DNA of 60,731 nucleotides, filler included, from Basidiobolus ranarum (GCA_040143965.1; 7 parts of 7 records of this genome joined end to end with filler, not necessarily neighbours in it), one strand, 5' to 3'; counted from the first letter of the whole stretch, positions 12,398-26,012 are shown. Made by a program: numbers and translations. The notes: generated from the letters alone by a model not told the origin.

Positions 12398-14704
12398 TTA
12401 GAAGAAAAATATACTTCGGATCTGTATTTATGACTTCAAGCTGTATTCACCTGATTAAAATAACCTTATTTTTAACTGTAAATTATTGATCTGCGGAGTC
12501 AAGGTCTCACCACTGATAGTGATTACTGACGAAGTTAGAGGCGATTATATAATAATTACATGCAAAAGCTAGCTGCAGATGGCACGAGAACCGTTGTTAA
12601 TAGTTCATGACTGATCGTCAATGAAGATGGCTAGAACGATGGAAGTGAGAAAAATACTCTATAGATCAGTATATCTGGCACCTTTGTAGTAGAGCTACAA
12701 GGTGTTTTTAGTGAAGGCAAAATCACCATAGTGCTCCGTGTGCTGCTTACCATGCATATAAAAAAGCACTTGACAGTGGGAACACATGTAGCTGAAAGAG
12801 CATGACATTCATTGCACTTCAAAAGATGAGTTCTATCCAAGGAAACCTTTGGAATCTATCCTATTGGGCTACTGACTAAAACCGTAGAACAAAGTCACAC
12901 ATCTCAAAGACGATGATGTACCCTATGAACGAATCGTACATTCAACTTGTCCAAAATTAGATTTTTATTTTTCTTGCATTTGACACCAAACCGGAAATCT
13001 ATAACTTTGCAACCAGTTTTATACAACCAGTGACTGGAAGCAATTCTTCACATGTCATTGAAAAGAACATCCAGATATCATATGGTAGTCATAGATTTCG
13101 GTAAATATCAAGCTTATTGTTTGCTCAATTACTTCATTTACTTTATGCACACTCTTCTAAACATGCTCAATCTTTTTGAATTACCATAGATCATCTAGAT
13201 ATTCACGAAAACATGATCTTTATTCAAATGGGTGTCAACGTAGGCAACATTCGCGAAAACTCAAGAAGTTCCAACTAACTCTATTCACACATCTATCAAC
13301 ACTAAAACAATATAGCTTGGCATGTTTATATCATTTTCGCTTGCAAGTGAAAGCGAACACCTCTTCAGAAGTTAACCAACGCTGAAGATAGATTTTTTGT
13401 TTGTTACATATATCGAGGCTCGATAGTTACACTCTAGGTTCAAGTGATTCATGAGGTTGTAGATCAGGTGATTGGGAAATAAACTGTTTTCCTGAAAGAT
13501 AGGCATATAGACACAAGAAATTACGTTGCCTTGTTGCTTAATGTTGAAAAGTGAAATGTAGCTAGAGATCGAGAAAATATTGTTTTGATGAATGGATGAG
13601 ATGTGCTTTCGTAATCAACATCCAGTAATTTACCTATCTGTTCAGGCAAAAGTATAAAATAAGGACATCAACATACTCTTCTAGAGGAGAATTTGGCATG
13701 TGTATTGCCTTGATATTCCCAGTTTGAATATTGAGGAACTGGTTGAGCGGACTTGTTTCGCTATTTTGACTGTAGATATTCACTACGAAGCATACTAGTA
13801 AATAGAAAGAATACCAAGCTGGAAGTCCATCAGGCTTAGCAACTTGCCAAAAGAGCACTATTGCCCCGTGAGGAATGGATTTAACATGGTTAATTGTGGG
13901 TTATATTCAGCTAATCAGTATATTTAAATTCCAAAGAGGATATCCGCAGTGCAGTGATAAGTTATTATGGCCGAATGAATACGGATCAGTCATTGTGACC
14001 CAGAATCCGAAGTTATTACAGGATAAACATTAAGACTCCGCTTCCAGACGATTAGCTCAAGATTACGACACGGAAATTGATGTTTGTTTCGCTAGCTTGT
14101 TCCCAAAATCCGGCGGTTGACAAATAGATGTAGGTAGTGTTTACCTTGGATACCGCCTTTGATCACAGCTAGTGTATGTAGAAATCAATCGCTCTTAGTT
14201 AGAAATTGATCGGACAGCCTTTGTAGCATTCTCACCCAGAATTACCTTGGTTCAACATGATCCCAAATGAATTGTTGCTGTCTACTTGAGTGGTTGAGAT
14301 GAATGTGAGACTTGTACTAAATTAATTTGAATTCATTTTTGGATATTTGTAATTTCAGATTTTGGTTGTGCGTCCATTTCAGACTTTTTGGTTTCTACTG
14401 GTTGCTACATTCCTTACCCTACCCCGAAATTGAGGACCCTCATTTCATCAGAGCCCCCTGTCCATATCAGTAGCACACTCTTTAATATCATCAGATTTCT
14501 TTCATGGGGTTACCTTTTTCGATATTCGAGTTTAGGTAATTTCTTTATAGTCTTTCCTAGTATTGAAGTCACTCTTCCATATACCTTGTCCTCACTAGAC
14601 GCAAATCAACACAATACATAAGAAACACTCTTCCAAAGCTTCTTATCTTCGTATTCCTTTCATCTTGTTAAAGGCAAACCACAAACTAGTTCCGGTTTAT
14701 TTTC

Positions 14705-16543
14705 ATGACAGACATCAATCAAACCACTTTTCAAAAAGCTGAAAGTCAACCTCGCCATTTAGTCTATCCCTCTCTTTCGCCCAGATGTTTGCCAGTAAAA
14801 AGCATGCCTTTTGGAAGTACGAACAGTCATCAGATCCTGACTCATAACAAAGAAAACCCAAACGAATCACAACCCAATAACAGTTCAGGGGGCATTCACC
14901 ACAATCATTCAACACTGAATTTAAATTCCCCTTTTCAAAACTACGCATGGGATAGGAATAACCCAACTACTTCTTTAAATTCACTTCCAGCTGAGATTAT
15001 TCTACTGATATTCTCCTTTCTTGGCGGGGAAGAAATATATAGAGTCTGCCAGGTTGGTGTATTATTCATTTAAATTGTTTCTATTTTGGGAGTTGGAAGT
15101 ATTGAGAGGGGTACATTGTCATGGAAGCTTTTCTTTGGGAGGGGGTATTTATGAATTTTTTTATAAGCAAATGTCAATAGTTTAAGCAACCCAAAACTTT
15201 TTATTCTTTATCGCTTCTATTGAAGTGATACGGTACGCGAAAGCCGAAATCTTTTTCTTAAACTGGATTTCGACACAAACCATAGAGTTAAAGATAGCAA
15301 GGCGCTTCTGAAGAATACACATGTATTCAGTGGACTCGAATTTCGCTCTTAATAGGTTCCTTTTTATTCTTCCGCGTAGCACAGACCAAATGAACCCTCT
15401 CATACATATCTCTCTACATATCTGAAGACATTATTGTTCTTATGAGTAACGAATTACTTTCACCTTAGATTTGTAAATATTTTAACCAGATCTGTCAAGA
15501 TGATCGGTTGTGGCGGATGATGCTCTGGTAAGTGTTTTTATAATTCTTCACTCTCATCGCAAACGAGTACTTACACATGATATATTGATAGTCGTCGGTT
15601 TGGTAGGCATCATTTATGTACTCTAGGGATCGGACAAAAATGTAAAGAAGTTTACAAAGAAAAATGTAAGTGATAATTGACATTTTTCAGGTAACCACCA
15701 CCTCACCGGAATACTAAAATTCCAATTCACTTTCCTATGGTCAATAGCGGTAATGAGAATTTCCATTGCTAATGGGTTTGCTCGACAGGGTCAAGGCTCC
15801 AATTCGTTTCGGGAGTACGATGAGTTTAGGTAATTATTTAAACATTCATTTTTATGTTACAACATAGATTTATGGTATTTTTATCTAGCGCTTCTGGAAT
15901 GGTATTATGCTTGAATGATTTCTATGGATTTTATGTGAGTTTCTTTATGTTGAATGATCATTCATGTCATTGTGTGAAATACTGACTATCACATCCCAGT
16001 CAAAAGCCACATTAGAAGGGGTGCCGCGCGGACGCTACGATGTTGTCTGGAAGATAAAGGTCTTTCACCGATCCTACATGCGTAACACATTCTTTGTCGC
16101 TAGGGTGTTGGTAAGATTCATTCAGTCAAGTCTGGCGTTCCTGTTACTGGTTGTTTAACGTAAGAGTAATTTTGATCAGGGAGTACCCAAAGATCTTGAG
16201 ATAGAAAGTGGGGTTAATCGGTTTACACCGTTAGTGGAGAAGTCGGAGGAGATCAAAAAAGGTCACTATGTGGAATTGGACCCAGGGATAAGTTTCTTCC
16301 AACGTACAGCCGGAATGGGGTGGTTTGATCTCGTTGCACCACAGCAATTAGTCGTGGATGGAAGCTATTACTATTCTGATATTGGTTTTGAAATCATTTC
16401 GGACCGAGATTCGTGGAAAACGGGATTGGTAATTGAACAAAATAATACTTGACGACTGTACACAAAGCATTCACTAAATTGAGGTATATTTTTCTTATCA
16501 TCATAAGGTACTGGACTATGTGGAGTTACGGAAAGTTGAGTAG
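14705..16543 (+). CDS. F-box protein with a C-terminal PP2-like (phloem protein 2-type beta-sandwich) domain, 8 exons
   Basis: F-box LNSLPAEIILLIFSFLGGEEIYRVCQ|ICKYFNQICQDDRLWR. Manual splicing keeps one frame through SASGMVLCLNDFYGFYSKATLEGVPRGRYDVVWKIKV...GWFDL...SWKTGL|VLDYVELRKVE*. Confidence 0.75.
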
Positions 16544-17320
16544 AAAAGCTTACCGGAGGGAAGGGGGAGGTGAAGGTGAAGCATGCAAAGTCGAAGCGAT
16601 ATGTGGACTGATATAAACTAGGTTAATTTTGAGGATTCTTCTATTGTTCAAGGACTTCCATAATTTATTATTCACACATGCATCTTTCGTCGAACACACA
16701 TCCGTAATTTCTTTTCTTATCGTCTACCGACGTATTTTGACCCCTTTGCCGGAAATGAGTGCCAAGATTTCATAGAGTATTTCACTTCAGCACTATTTTG
16801 AAATACTTTTGTTTTTCTTCTCGATTTATATGGGCAGTATTGTTATAATCACTTGATGTAAAACAAAACGACGAACAAATTCCACTTGAACAATACAATT
16901 CCAAAATCTTTGAAACTGAAACTATCATTCGCCAGTTATCTTCTTGATCTTGACTATGATGAGTTTATTCTTCGTTATCTCAATTTATCTCTTTTACTGA
17001 AACATAGCAAGTGCCTTCCTCATCAATCTATTTTTTCAGTGGCTCTGGCAGACTGTGGTAGGAAGGCTTCCGTCTAGTCATAGCAACTATAAGTCGAGTC
17101 AATATGCTTTCCACGAGATCAAGAGACAACATAGTTGGTGTCTTGTCCACATGGCGATGTATGTATGCATGCATATACCTATATGCACAGTCACGGGTAA
17201 TTATTGATTCTATATCAGAGAAGGTTTATTTTCAGGAGAGTTCGCGTGAAGCAAGGTGAATAAATGCTATGTAGAATTGATATTGAATTGAGTTAGATCC
17301 ATTTGTATTCTAGTTTCTAT

Positions 17321-17420
17321 NNNNNNNNNNNNNNNNNNNNNNNNNNNNNNNNNNNNNNNNNNNNTTAATTAATTAANNNNNNNNNNNNNNNNNNNNNNNN
17401 NNNNNNNNNNNNNNNNNNNN
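17321..17420. other. Artificial contig linker
   Basis: N44-TTAATTAATTAA-N44. Confidence 0.98.
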
Positions 17421-20400
17421 CAAAATCCAAGAGCTTATTCTCATTGTGAATGGTAACAAAAGTCAGCTATTTGCCAAGTGTCAGTGCTATTAAAATTTTC
17501 AGATGTTTAGCAATTTTTCCACTATTAGTTTGCTGGTAAAGCATATTGATGTTGTTGAGTAATGTCTAATCAGTCAAGTATATGCTTATGTAGAGACTAA
17601 GCACAACAAGATTCTTGTATTTTTTGATTCTCATTATAGCTGGAATACAAAGCCTAAAGTATCTAAATAAAGGCATCCATATTAAATCAAATTCCTACAG
17701 CAATAAACCCAGTAATTTGCCATTCAAAAATTGCCAAATATTGAATAACGCATGCCGATTTGGGGATCAATCTTTTAACATGTATGAATACCATGAAAAT
17801 ACCATCAAGAAACCGCCATCACACCATCAAAATCCCTGGCAGAATGCAAGCCATCAATATTGCAATGGTTCTCTGATGGTTTTGCTTTCTGGAGGGTGGA
17901 TCCAATTTGGATCAATTCAATTTTATTTTTGTTAGGGTATTGAGGAGTGGAGAGTTCTATCCAATCTTAGCAACCAGGTGTTTATTGCTTTTCTCATAAT
18001 TTCTCACCACAGTTGATTGGCAATTGTGATTTGCCACACACCTGGTACAAGTGAGAACACTTGCAAGTTGTATGACTTAACCTAGTAATTAAACTACCTT
18101 CATGGCCAAATGGTTGTTTGGCTTTCACTGGTGATCTGAAAAGCCTGAAGTCATGTACTGTTTGCACACAATTGGCAATCAGAGAATAGGGTCAATATTA
18201 TTCATATTTGGCTTATGTATTGTTGATTCCCCATATTAAAGTTTTAACAAAATCATCCAAGTATAGATCATTGATCCAATACTGAAGCACTCACCATAGA
18301 GTTGATAGTATTACCAGTATACTAGATGGATATCAATACCAGAACCTGAAAAGACAAGGTTTCTTTGAGAACACATAGGAGCATGCATTTGCATTGGCTC
18401 TGGATGATCTCTCACTAAACAAATACACCATCGGAAAGGCTGGCAGACCATTAGTTTTAATTAACTTGAATCTTCCTCCTTCTGAATGGTAATCTGTTTG
18501 TATTTGGCTTATATACCATTGATTCCCTGACTTAGAGTTTTGATGAAATCACCTAAATATAGGTCATTGATCCAATACCAAAGTATTCACCATAAAGCTG
18601 ATGATATTACAAATATACTTGATGGATATCACTACCAGAATATGAAAAGTCAAGGTTTCTTTGAAAACACATATGATCATGCATTTGTATTGGCTCTGGA
18701 TGGTTTCTCACTGATCAAATATACCATTGGAAGGGCTTGCTGGCCAATAATTTTAATCAACTTAAATCTTCCTCCTTCTGAACAGTACAAGAGTCCTAAT
18801 ATTTTGATAGTATCCATCTTATTTGGACTTAAATCACTAATGCTGACAGGTAGCTTCTTGGAGCCTTCAATTGTGGAATTTGTATGGTTATCTAATAGGG
18901 CTCAGATGGGTGAATATTTTTTAAAAACTAATCGTATTTTATATATTGGTAGCCCTCCTGCCATTGGTGCACTTGGAGGTTTTTGTGTGCACAATCCACT
19001 ATCTTGCTGTAGATATTTTCAAATCAATGGAGTCTACTCTATCAGGCATACATATTACTGCTATCCAAATATGAAACTAAGCTACATGATTTTACCATCT
19101 AGAACCTGGTCAGATTTCAACATGCCTACTGATATCAAGTGACCAAATACTCAGTCTAACATCAAACCTGGTATTAGCCATAAGCCTAAGACTACATTGC
19201 TAAAGGGGTTCAGCTGGAGTTACAGCTTCCCATTAAGCACTATGCACTTACTATTCAACATCATCACAATACTACTTGCTCAGCTATATAGTGGAAGATT
19301 CAATTTGAATGAGCCATTTGAGACAGGATCAAAGTTTAAATCAATGAGAAAAATGCTTGAAAAAATCAAGATATTATTATATTTAACCAGGACTCCCATC
19401 AATATACACTCATCTAGGCATTGATTCATATGCAAAGACTGGAAGTATTGGATTTGTATATATTCAAGTGGTATCTTTAAAAGATTTCTGCATGTTAAGT
19501 ATTGGCAAAATGGGGAGTTGTTTGTGGATATTGTTAATATATTCTTATGGCATCATCTCACATTGGCAGATCTTAGGCAGATACAGTAACTGAGCAAAAA
19601 TCTTATAATTGGATATGAAAAACTTCATTACATGTTTAAATACAATAGGCTGAATATATGCCAGCATTCAATACATTCCCTGCTGCATATTTCTCAATTC
19701 TTAGAGATTATAGGCCCTTGCTATAAATTCTGGGAGTTCCCAATGGAGTGCACCTGTGATGAAATGATGCTCCATGTGCTATTGTCAGTACTACTGTATG
19801 CTAGTCTGATCAACAATGTATCAGCAAAATCTGTGATGGATGTGATGCAATGGGTTAAGGATACTCCAGAGTATATCAACCTTTCAACAAAGGGCTCTTT
19901 TCAATGTGCTCAAGGGTTTTTGCATTGTTTCTGTAAAATAACAGCAACAAAACCCAATCCATGAATGCAGAGTAAGTACCTTTGTTATTTGGACTAATTT
20001 GTTTGTGTGATAATCTGATAGTATTTGTAGGAAAGCTGCAAGAAAGACTTCTTAGTGAGACAGATTAAGATTTACAGTATCACCATTTTAGCAATGGGGT
20101 AATTTATTCAAGCAATGACTCATCTACTTGTGACATGACATTTGTTGACTGCAGGTTAGGGCTGTTACAGCTGAATTTTTTTATGGAAATTTGCCAAAAT
20201 CCAAGAGCTTATTCTCATTGTGAATGGTAACAAGAGTTAGCTATTTGCCAAGTGTCAGTGCTACTCAAAATCTCAGATGTTTGGCAATTTTTCCACCATC
20301 AGTTTGCTGGTAAAGCATATTGATGTTGTTGAGTTATGTCAGATCAGTCAAGTATGTGCATATGTAGAGACTAAACATAACAACAAGTGTCAATGCTATT

Positions 20401-21535
20401 CAAAATTTCAGATGTTTAGAAATTTTTTTACCAGTTGTATGCTGGTGAAGCATATCAATGTTAGTGATAAAAGTGTTTAGGGGATTTGGAAGTGTTTTGG
20501 AAAAGATTTGGATTTGTGAATTATTCACTTGTATTATTGAATTGAATATGTCCTTTTATAGTTTACTATGAAAAAGGACTATTGGACATGCTTAGATCAT
20601 AACAAACATGCCTGTTAAGCATGGGCAAAATATTGAAGTGAAATGGAGAAGTTATGAGAAAATAATGAAAATTGGTAAAAGTAATCTAATTAGTATTTCT
20701 ATGAATTACAGCAATAAACACTTGTTTTTGAATGGCAGAATTGATTGCTAAATAAGCGGAATATGAATAAACTAACTACTAAATAATTAGTTGCTATTTA
20801 TCTTATTTCAATAGTTGCTGAGTTATGTCCAATCAGCCAGGTATGAGCATATGTAGAGACTTCACAACAAGATTCCTGAATTTATTGATTCTCATTATGG
20901 CTTGAGTACAAAGCCTATGATATCTGAATAAAGGCATGCATATTAATTCAAGCTCCTACAGCAACAAACCCAGTAATTTGCCATTCAAAAATTATATTTT
21001 GCAAAAATGCCAGAAATATAATAATGCATTGTGAATGGTAACAAGAGTCAGCTATTTGCCAAGTGTCAGTACTATTCAACATTTAAGATGTTTAGCAAAT
21101 TTTCCACAATTGGTTTGCTGGCAAAGCATATTGATGTTGTTGAGTTATGTCTGATCAGTCAAGTATGTGCCTATGTAGAGACTAAACATACCAAGATTCT
21201 TGTTTTTTCTCATTCTCATTATGGCTGGTATATAAAGCCAAAAGTATCTTAATAAAGGCATGCATATTAATTCAAATTCCTACAGCAGTAAACCCAGTAA
21301 TTTGCCATACCAAAATTTGATTTTTGCAAAAATTGTTGGAAATTAATAGCACATGCCAAATATGAGCATCAATATTTTACCATTCATGAATACCATCAAA
21401 ATAACATCAAGAAGCCATCATCTCATCATTAAAATCCCTGATAGAAAGCAAGCCACCATTATTGTGATGGTTCCCTTTTGGTTTTGTTATATAGAATGAT
21501 GGATTTGATCCGGATCAAATTGTTTTCATTCTAGT
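17421..21535 (+). mobile_element. Degenerate, internally rearranged CACTA/EnSpm (Tnp2-type) DNA transposon
   Basis: Broken frames at 18200-19960 encode LALDGFSL...CWPIILINLNLPPSEQYK.NILIVSILFG, TMHLLFN, DWKYWICIYS and HSLLHI...IGPCYKFWEFPME, matching CACTA transposase blocks. Many stops, CpG depletion, and 3' segments repeated at 17421, 20195, 20815 and 21030. Confidence 0.75.
20465..20813 (-). mobile_element. Solo LTR of the resident copia family inserted in a CACTA copy
   Basis: Reverse-complement similarity to the LTR at 23929-24275. It interrupts the repeated CACTA segment gcatattgatgttg|ttgagttatg and has degenerate TSD-like flanks (gttag/gttgc). Confidence 0.65.
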
Positions 21536-21539
21536 TTTG

Positions 21540-23928
21540 GCTGAAGGATTCCAATTCGGAGTGTTTTTGAGCTTGAATTAGTCAACATGTTGTGCTACCA
21601 AAGAACCTGAGGTGATCTACACTTGGTTTTAATCCATATAGAGCTTCAAATAAAGTAGAATATAGTAGCAAGCTTTTTAGGCAGCTGTTTTTGATATTGA
21701 CTGCAGTGGAGACAGATTCCACTAGATATGGTACCCTAACTTCTGTTCATGTCATGTTGATCTTGCCACATGCTTTTCATCAAAAATCAAATATCTGCAC
21801 TGAATTAACTTCTGACTTTTGGAATCCAACATTCTGTAGGTCTTAGATCTATCTCAGTAACCACAAGATATGCATTATCTGCTTTTGGGTTCCAATTTAG
21901 AGTGTTTTTGAGCCAAAATTAGGCAATATCCTGTGTGACCAAAGTTCCTAAGGTGATCCTCACTTGGTTTTGAAGCATATTGGGCTTCAAATGGTGTATA
22001 AGTTTATAGCAGTCTTGTTTGGGCATCTGTTTTTGATATGGACTGTAGTGGACACAGATTCAGCCCAATATTGGTAATGCAACTTTTGATCATGTGACAT
22101 TGATCTTGCCATCTCCACTATTGTCCTATTAGCATGTTGTGAAAACTCTATTTTGCTGTGGAGTATAAGGAACAGTAGTTTGTTGCTTTATCTATGTTTA
22201 CAGCAGAAATTAGCAAAGTCTTCTAAGCAGTATTCTCCACCATTATCACTCCACAATACCCATATTTTTGAGCTGCTTCTTTCTGTACCTTTGCTTTGTA
22301 GTATTTGAACAGAGGTAAGGCTTCATAATTTGATTTGAGAAAGAATACCAAGTATATCTTGCTTTGTCTTCAATAAATGCCATTAAATACCTTTTGCTAC
22401 CCAGTTTGATTTTTTATTGGGCCCACATCAATCAAAATAAATCAGGGCAAAGTTCTGAGTGGATATGACCTCTCCAGCTCCCAAAAGTGGCCCTCAATGA
22501 GTTTACCCACTTGTGCATCCTTCACATCAATCCAAATTGGTAATATTTTAAATTCCTCGGCCTGAAACAAGCTGATTTTTGATCATTTAGGTCAGTTTTT
22601 AATCCCCAACATGGCCTATTCTTCTATGCTACATATGAAAGCTTATTTCTCTGGTTTTGGCCAAGTTTGCATACTCATAATGCTTCTTGTTGATTTCAAG
22701 CCTGTGTAAGTATTGAGTTTTGCTCCCAGTACCTGACTTGGTATTATCCTGCTCAGCAATAGTGCAACCAGCCTTGCTGAGCATGAAATTTAGTCCTTGA
22801 GCTGTTACTTAGCTAACTGATAGGAGGTACATGGCTATATTGGGTACAATGTACACCTCACACATTTTTACAAGGGTGTAGCTGAATTTTGGTCAAAACT
22901 GGGCACCGCCATGCCCTGACCTACTGCATCAAGTGCAGAGTCATCACCTAAGTAGACTTTCTTTGATTGGATGTATTTTAAGCTGGAAAACCAATCCTTC
23001 CTATTGAAATATGTTGGCAAGCTCCTATATCAATGTACCACATTTCTGAGTCTTCTTTAGTGGTTACTGAGAAGGTATACAAAAATAGAGGATGCCATTC
23101 AGTGCTTACTTGATTTATCTGCTCCAATTTAGCCTTTTGTCAAAAGTCCTCTTTCACAATCTTTCATTAAATTGCCGGGCTTCTTACAGTACTTCAGATG
23201 ATGGATTACCTATCAGAGGCACCATTATTGATGCCTGTTGTGCATTTTACAGCTCCAACAAGTACCTGATCAGCATTATTTTGCTGAGAATCTGATAGCC
23301 TAAATTCCTAATTTAAAAGCCTCGTTCTAACTTCTTCCATTGCTTATGCCTCTGATCTTAATTCTAGTGCACTTATGAGGCTCCCAAACTCATCAGGCAT
23401 GCTCCTAAGTAGTGTAATGACTATATCATATTCATTTAGAGGTGCCCCAATAGACAAGATCTGATAAACCTTGGCTTGGATCTGATCATATCATTAACCA
23501 TTGAATCTCCCAAATCCGTGTGAATTTCAAATAGTTTTTGTCTAAGACAAAGCCTATTAGTTAGACTATTGATCTCATATAGTAGCACAAGTATTCTCCA
23601 AGCAATTAGGGCAATTATGGCTAAGCTTATGTGCCTCAATGGAAAGTCTCTGAGTTATAGACAAAGAGCAGAGGGTGCCTCCTCAGCCTCCTCTGAAAGG
23701 CCAGAATAGCTTCTAGTGGACTCTTTGGCTCTATTTCTGTTTCCATAACAAATCCTCAATGGTCCTTGTCTTCACAAACCATTTGCATCTTGAAGAATCC
23801 CAAGGTGAAAGTCCTCATCATCAAATCTTTCTGTGGTAATAAATACATTGTAATAGTTCTGGTAGACATTCATCTAAGAGCTAGCTGGGGGCTCATGGCA
23901 TGGTTTAAGTGCTTACAGGATTTGGAAG
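21540..23928 (-). mobile_element. Degenerate Ty1/copia retrotransposon 5' part (LTR end, PBS, gag, protease, integrase; integrase segment duplicated)
   Basis: Minus-strand fragments: gag ERFDDEDF..FKMQMV.EDKD and ITLLRSMPDEFGSLISALELR; protease WYIDIGA...KKVYLGDDSALDAVGQG; integrase-like blocks. Segment 21560-21770 recurs at 21890-22110. Confidence 0.75.
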
Positions 23929-24275
23929 TGTTGCAGTTAGGTAAATAGTGACTTATTATTTTTTGGTTAGTTTATTGATAATCTAATTATTTAATGCTCT
24001 ATTCTGACATTTGAAAACATGTGCTTATTGCTATGATTGGTAGAAATATCAGTTAGATCACATTTACCAGTTTTCACTAGTTACTCTAAACTCCCCCAAA
24101 TCAGCTCAAATTCTCATGCATACTTTTCAGGCATGTTTATTATGATCTATGCTTGGCCAATAGTCCTAATTTGTAGTAATCTATGAATAGGACATTTTCA
24201 AATAAATCTAAGTGTCTAATTCACATAGCCAAATCTTGTCTAAAACACTACTAAATACCCTAAACACTTATATCA
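23929..24275 (+). mobile_element. Copia 5' LTR (TG...CA)
   Basis: Begins TGTTGCAG and ends TATCA. Followed by PBS-like GGTTAAGTGCTC and a gag relic. Homologous to 20465-20813 and 24943-25290. Confidence 0.7.
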
Positions 24276-24299
24276 GGTTAAGTGCTCTAAGCTAGCTGT

Positions 24300-24900
24300 T
24301 AAAGGAATAGCTACCAGTACTATTACAGAAGTTTTTGTATTAACAGAGAAGTTTGATGGGCAAGACTTTCATCTTGAAAAGATCAAGATGCTAGAAGACA
24401 AAGGCCTTTGGTGATATGTTACAAGAGAGGAAATAGAGCCAAAGAGACCACAAGAACCTTTCCTTGCTTTTGACATGAAGCAGAGGAAAGCACTCTCACC
24501 ACCTTGTTCACATCACAGAAACTCTCAATTGAGGCACACGCACTAAGCCAAAAACAACCAAACTGCTTGGGAAACACTCAAGGGACTATACAAGACTAGA
24601 AGTCTTGCTAATGGGCCATATCCTAGGCAAAAGTTGTTCTCAATTTGGATCAGTTCCAATGATTCTTTAGCTATTTATGAAAATTGGATGAAAGCTGTGA
24701 CAGATCAGCTCTCATCCACTGGAGATCCTCTAAATGAAGAAGACTTAGCCATGATATTTCTTGAGAGCCTATCAGACAGGTTTTGGAGCCTTGTCATAGC
24801 CCTAGAATCAAGATCAGAGCTATTAACCATGGAATACATTGGTGCCAGGCTTTTGAATGAGGATTTAATGATATCTAATTCTTAGCAACTGGTACCAATC
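24300..24900 (+). pseudogene. Copia gag relic
   Basis: TEKFDGQDF...KIKMLEDKGLW and QLSSTGDPLNEEDLAMIFLESLSDRFWSLVIALESR, typical of copia gag; contains stops. Confidence 0.75.
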
Positions 24901-24942
24901 AGGCATTTTTTGGAGCTGTAAAACATGCCACAGGCCTCAGTG

Positions 24943-26012
24943 TGCTGAAGTATTTAGGGGATTTGGAAGTGTTTTGGACAAGATTTGGATTTGTGCAATA
25001 TACACTTAAGTTTTGTCAATTCAAATATGTTCAATTTATTGTTTACTATGAGATAGAACCATTGTACTTGCTTAGATCTTAACATACATGCCCATAAAGC
25101 ATTGGTGGAAATTTGAGATTACTTGAGGAATTTTGTGAAAATTGTGAGAATTAGTAAAGTGATCTCATTTCATAATCCTATCAATAAAACAATAAGCACA
25201 CATTTTGAATGGCAGAACTGCGTGCTGAATAATCAGAATATGAATAAGCTAACTACTAAAGAATGAGTTTTCATTTACCTAATTGTAGCATTTCCACTCA
25301 ACTAATTATTTAGTATTTCTCATAAACCTCAATTATATCTTGATAATTCAACTTGTTCTTTAGCTAAGGCTTTGGTTAAGACTTCAGCAATCATATCTTC
25401 ACTAGTGCAATAGACAAGTTCAATTCTATCATTCTCTATTGCTTCTTCAACAAAAGATGCCTGATATCTATACATTTTGTTCCGGCATGAAATATAGAGT
25501 TTTTGGCTCATGCAATATAATTTTCATTATTTTCAAATGCGGTAATAGAATATTTTTCCATCAATACTGAGTCTGTAAATAACTTTCTTAATCACATTGC
25601 TTCTTGTGTAATAGCAGAGGTAGCTATATACTCTGAATCTGTAGTGTTAAACACTGTGCTTGGTTGCTTCTTATTATTCAAAGTTATGGCTCCATAACCA
25701 TCAAAAAGTGTCCCCAGTGGTTGATCCTCTGTCATCATAGCTTCTTCCCCAGTCTTTATTGGCCTCTTCCCACTGCTTCAGCAATATCTGGATGTATTTC
25801 AACCATTGCTTGCATTAGGCTATACACCATGGATTGGGAAGAGAACTCCTGGCTTTGATTTGAGTTGCTTTGGGTCAAATTGGAGCAATTGTAATTGATT
25901 TCACATTGGAATCCATTGCTGTTGATAGAGATTTGCTTTTCTCCAGGTTTAAGCATTTCAGGTTGCGTAGTATATATCTAGACTGGATCAGCATGATTTT
26001 CGGATTGGGTTT
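24943..26012 (-). mobile_element. Copia 3' end: RT C-terminus and RNase H relic (25329-26012), PPT (25291-25303), 3' LTR (24943-25290)
   Basis: QSMVYSLMQAMVEIHPDIAEAVG and IELVYCTSEDMIAEVLTKAL (RNase H ADxLTK motif). A purine tract AGTTGAGTGGAAA lies directly before the LTR TG on the minus strand. Confidence 0.8.
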
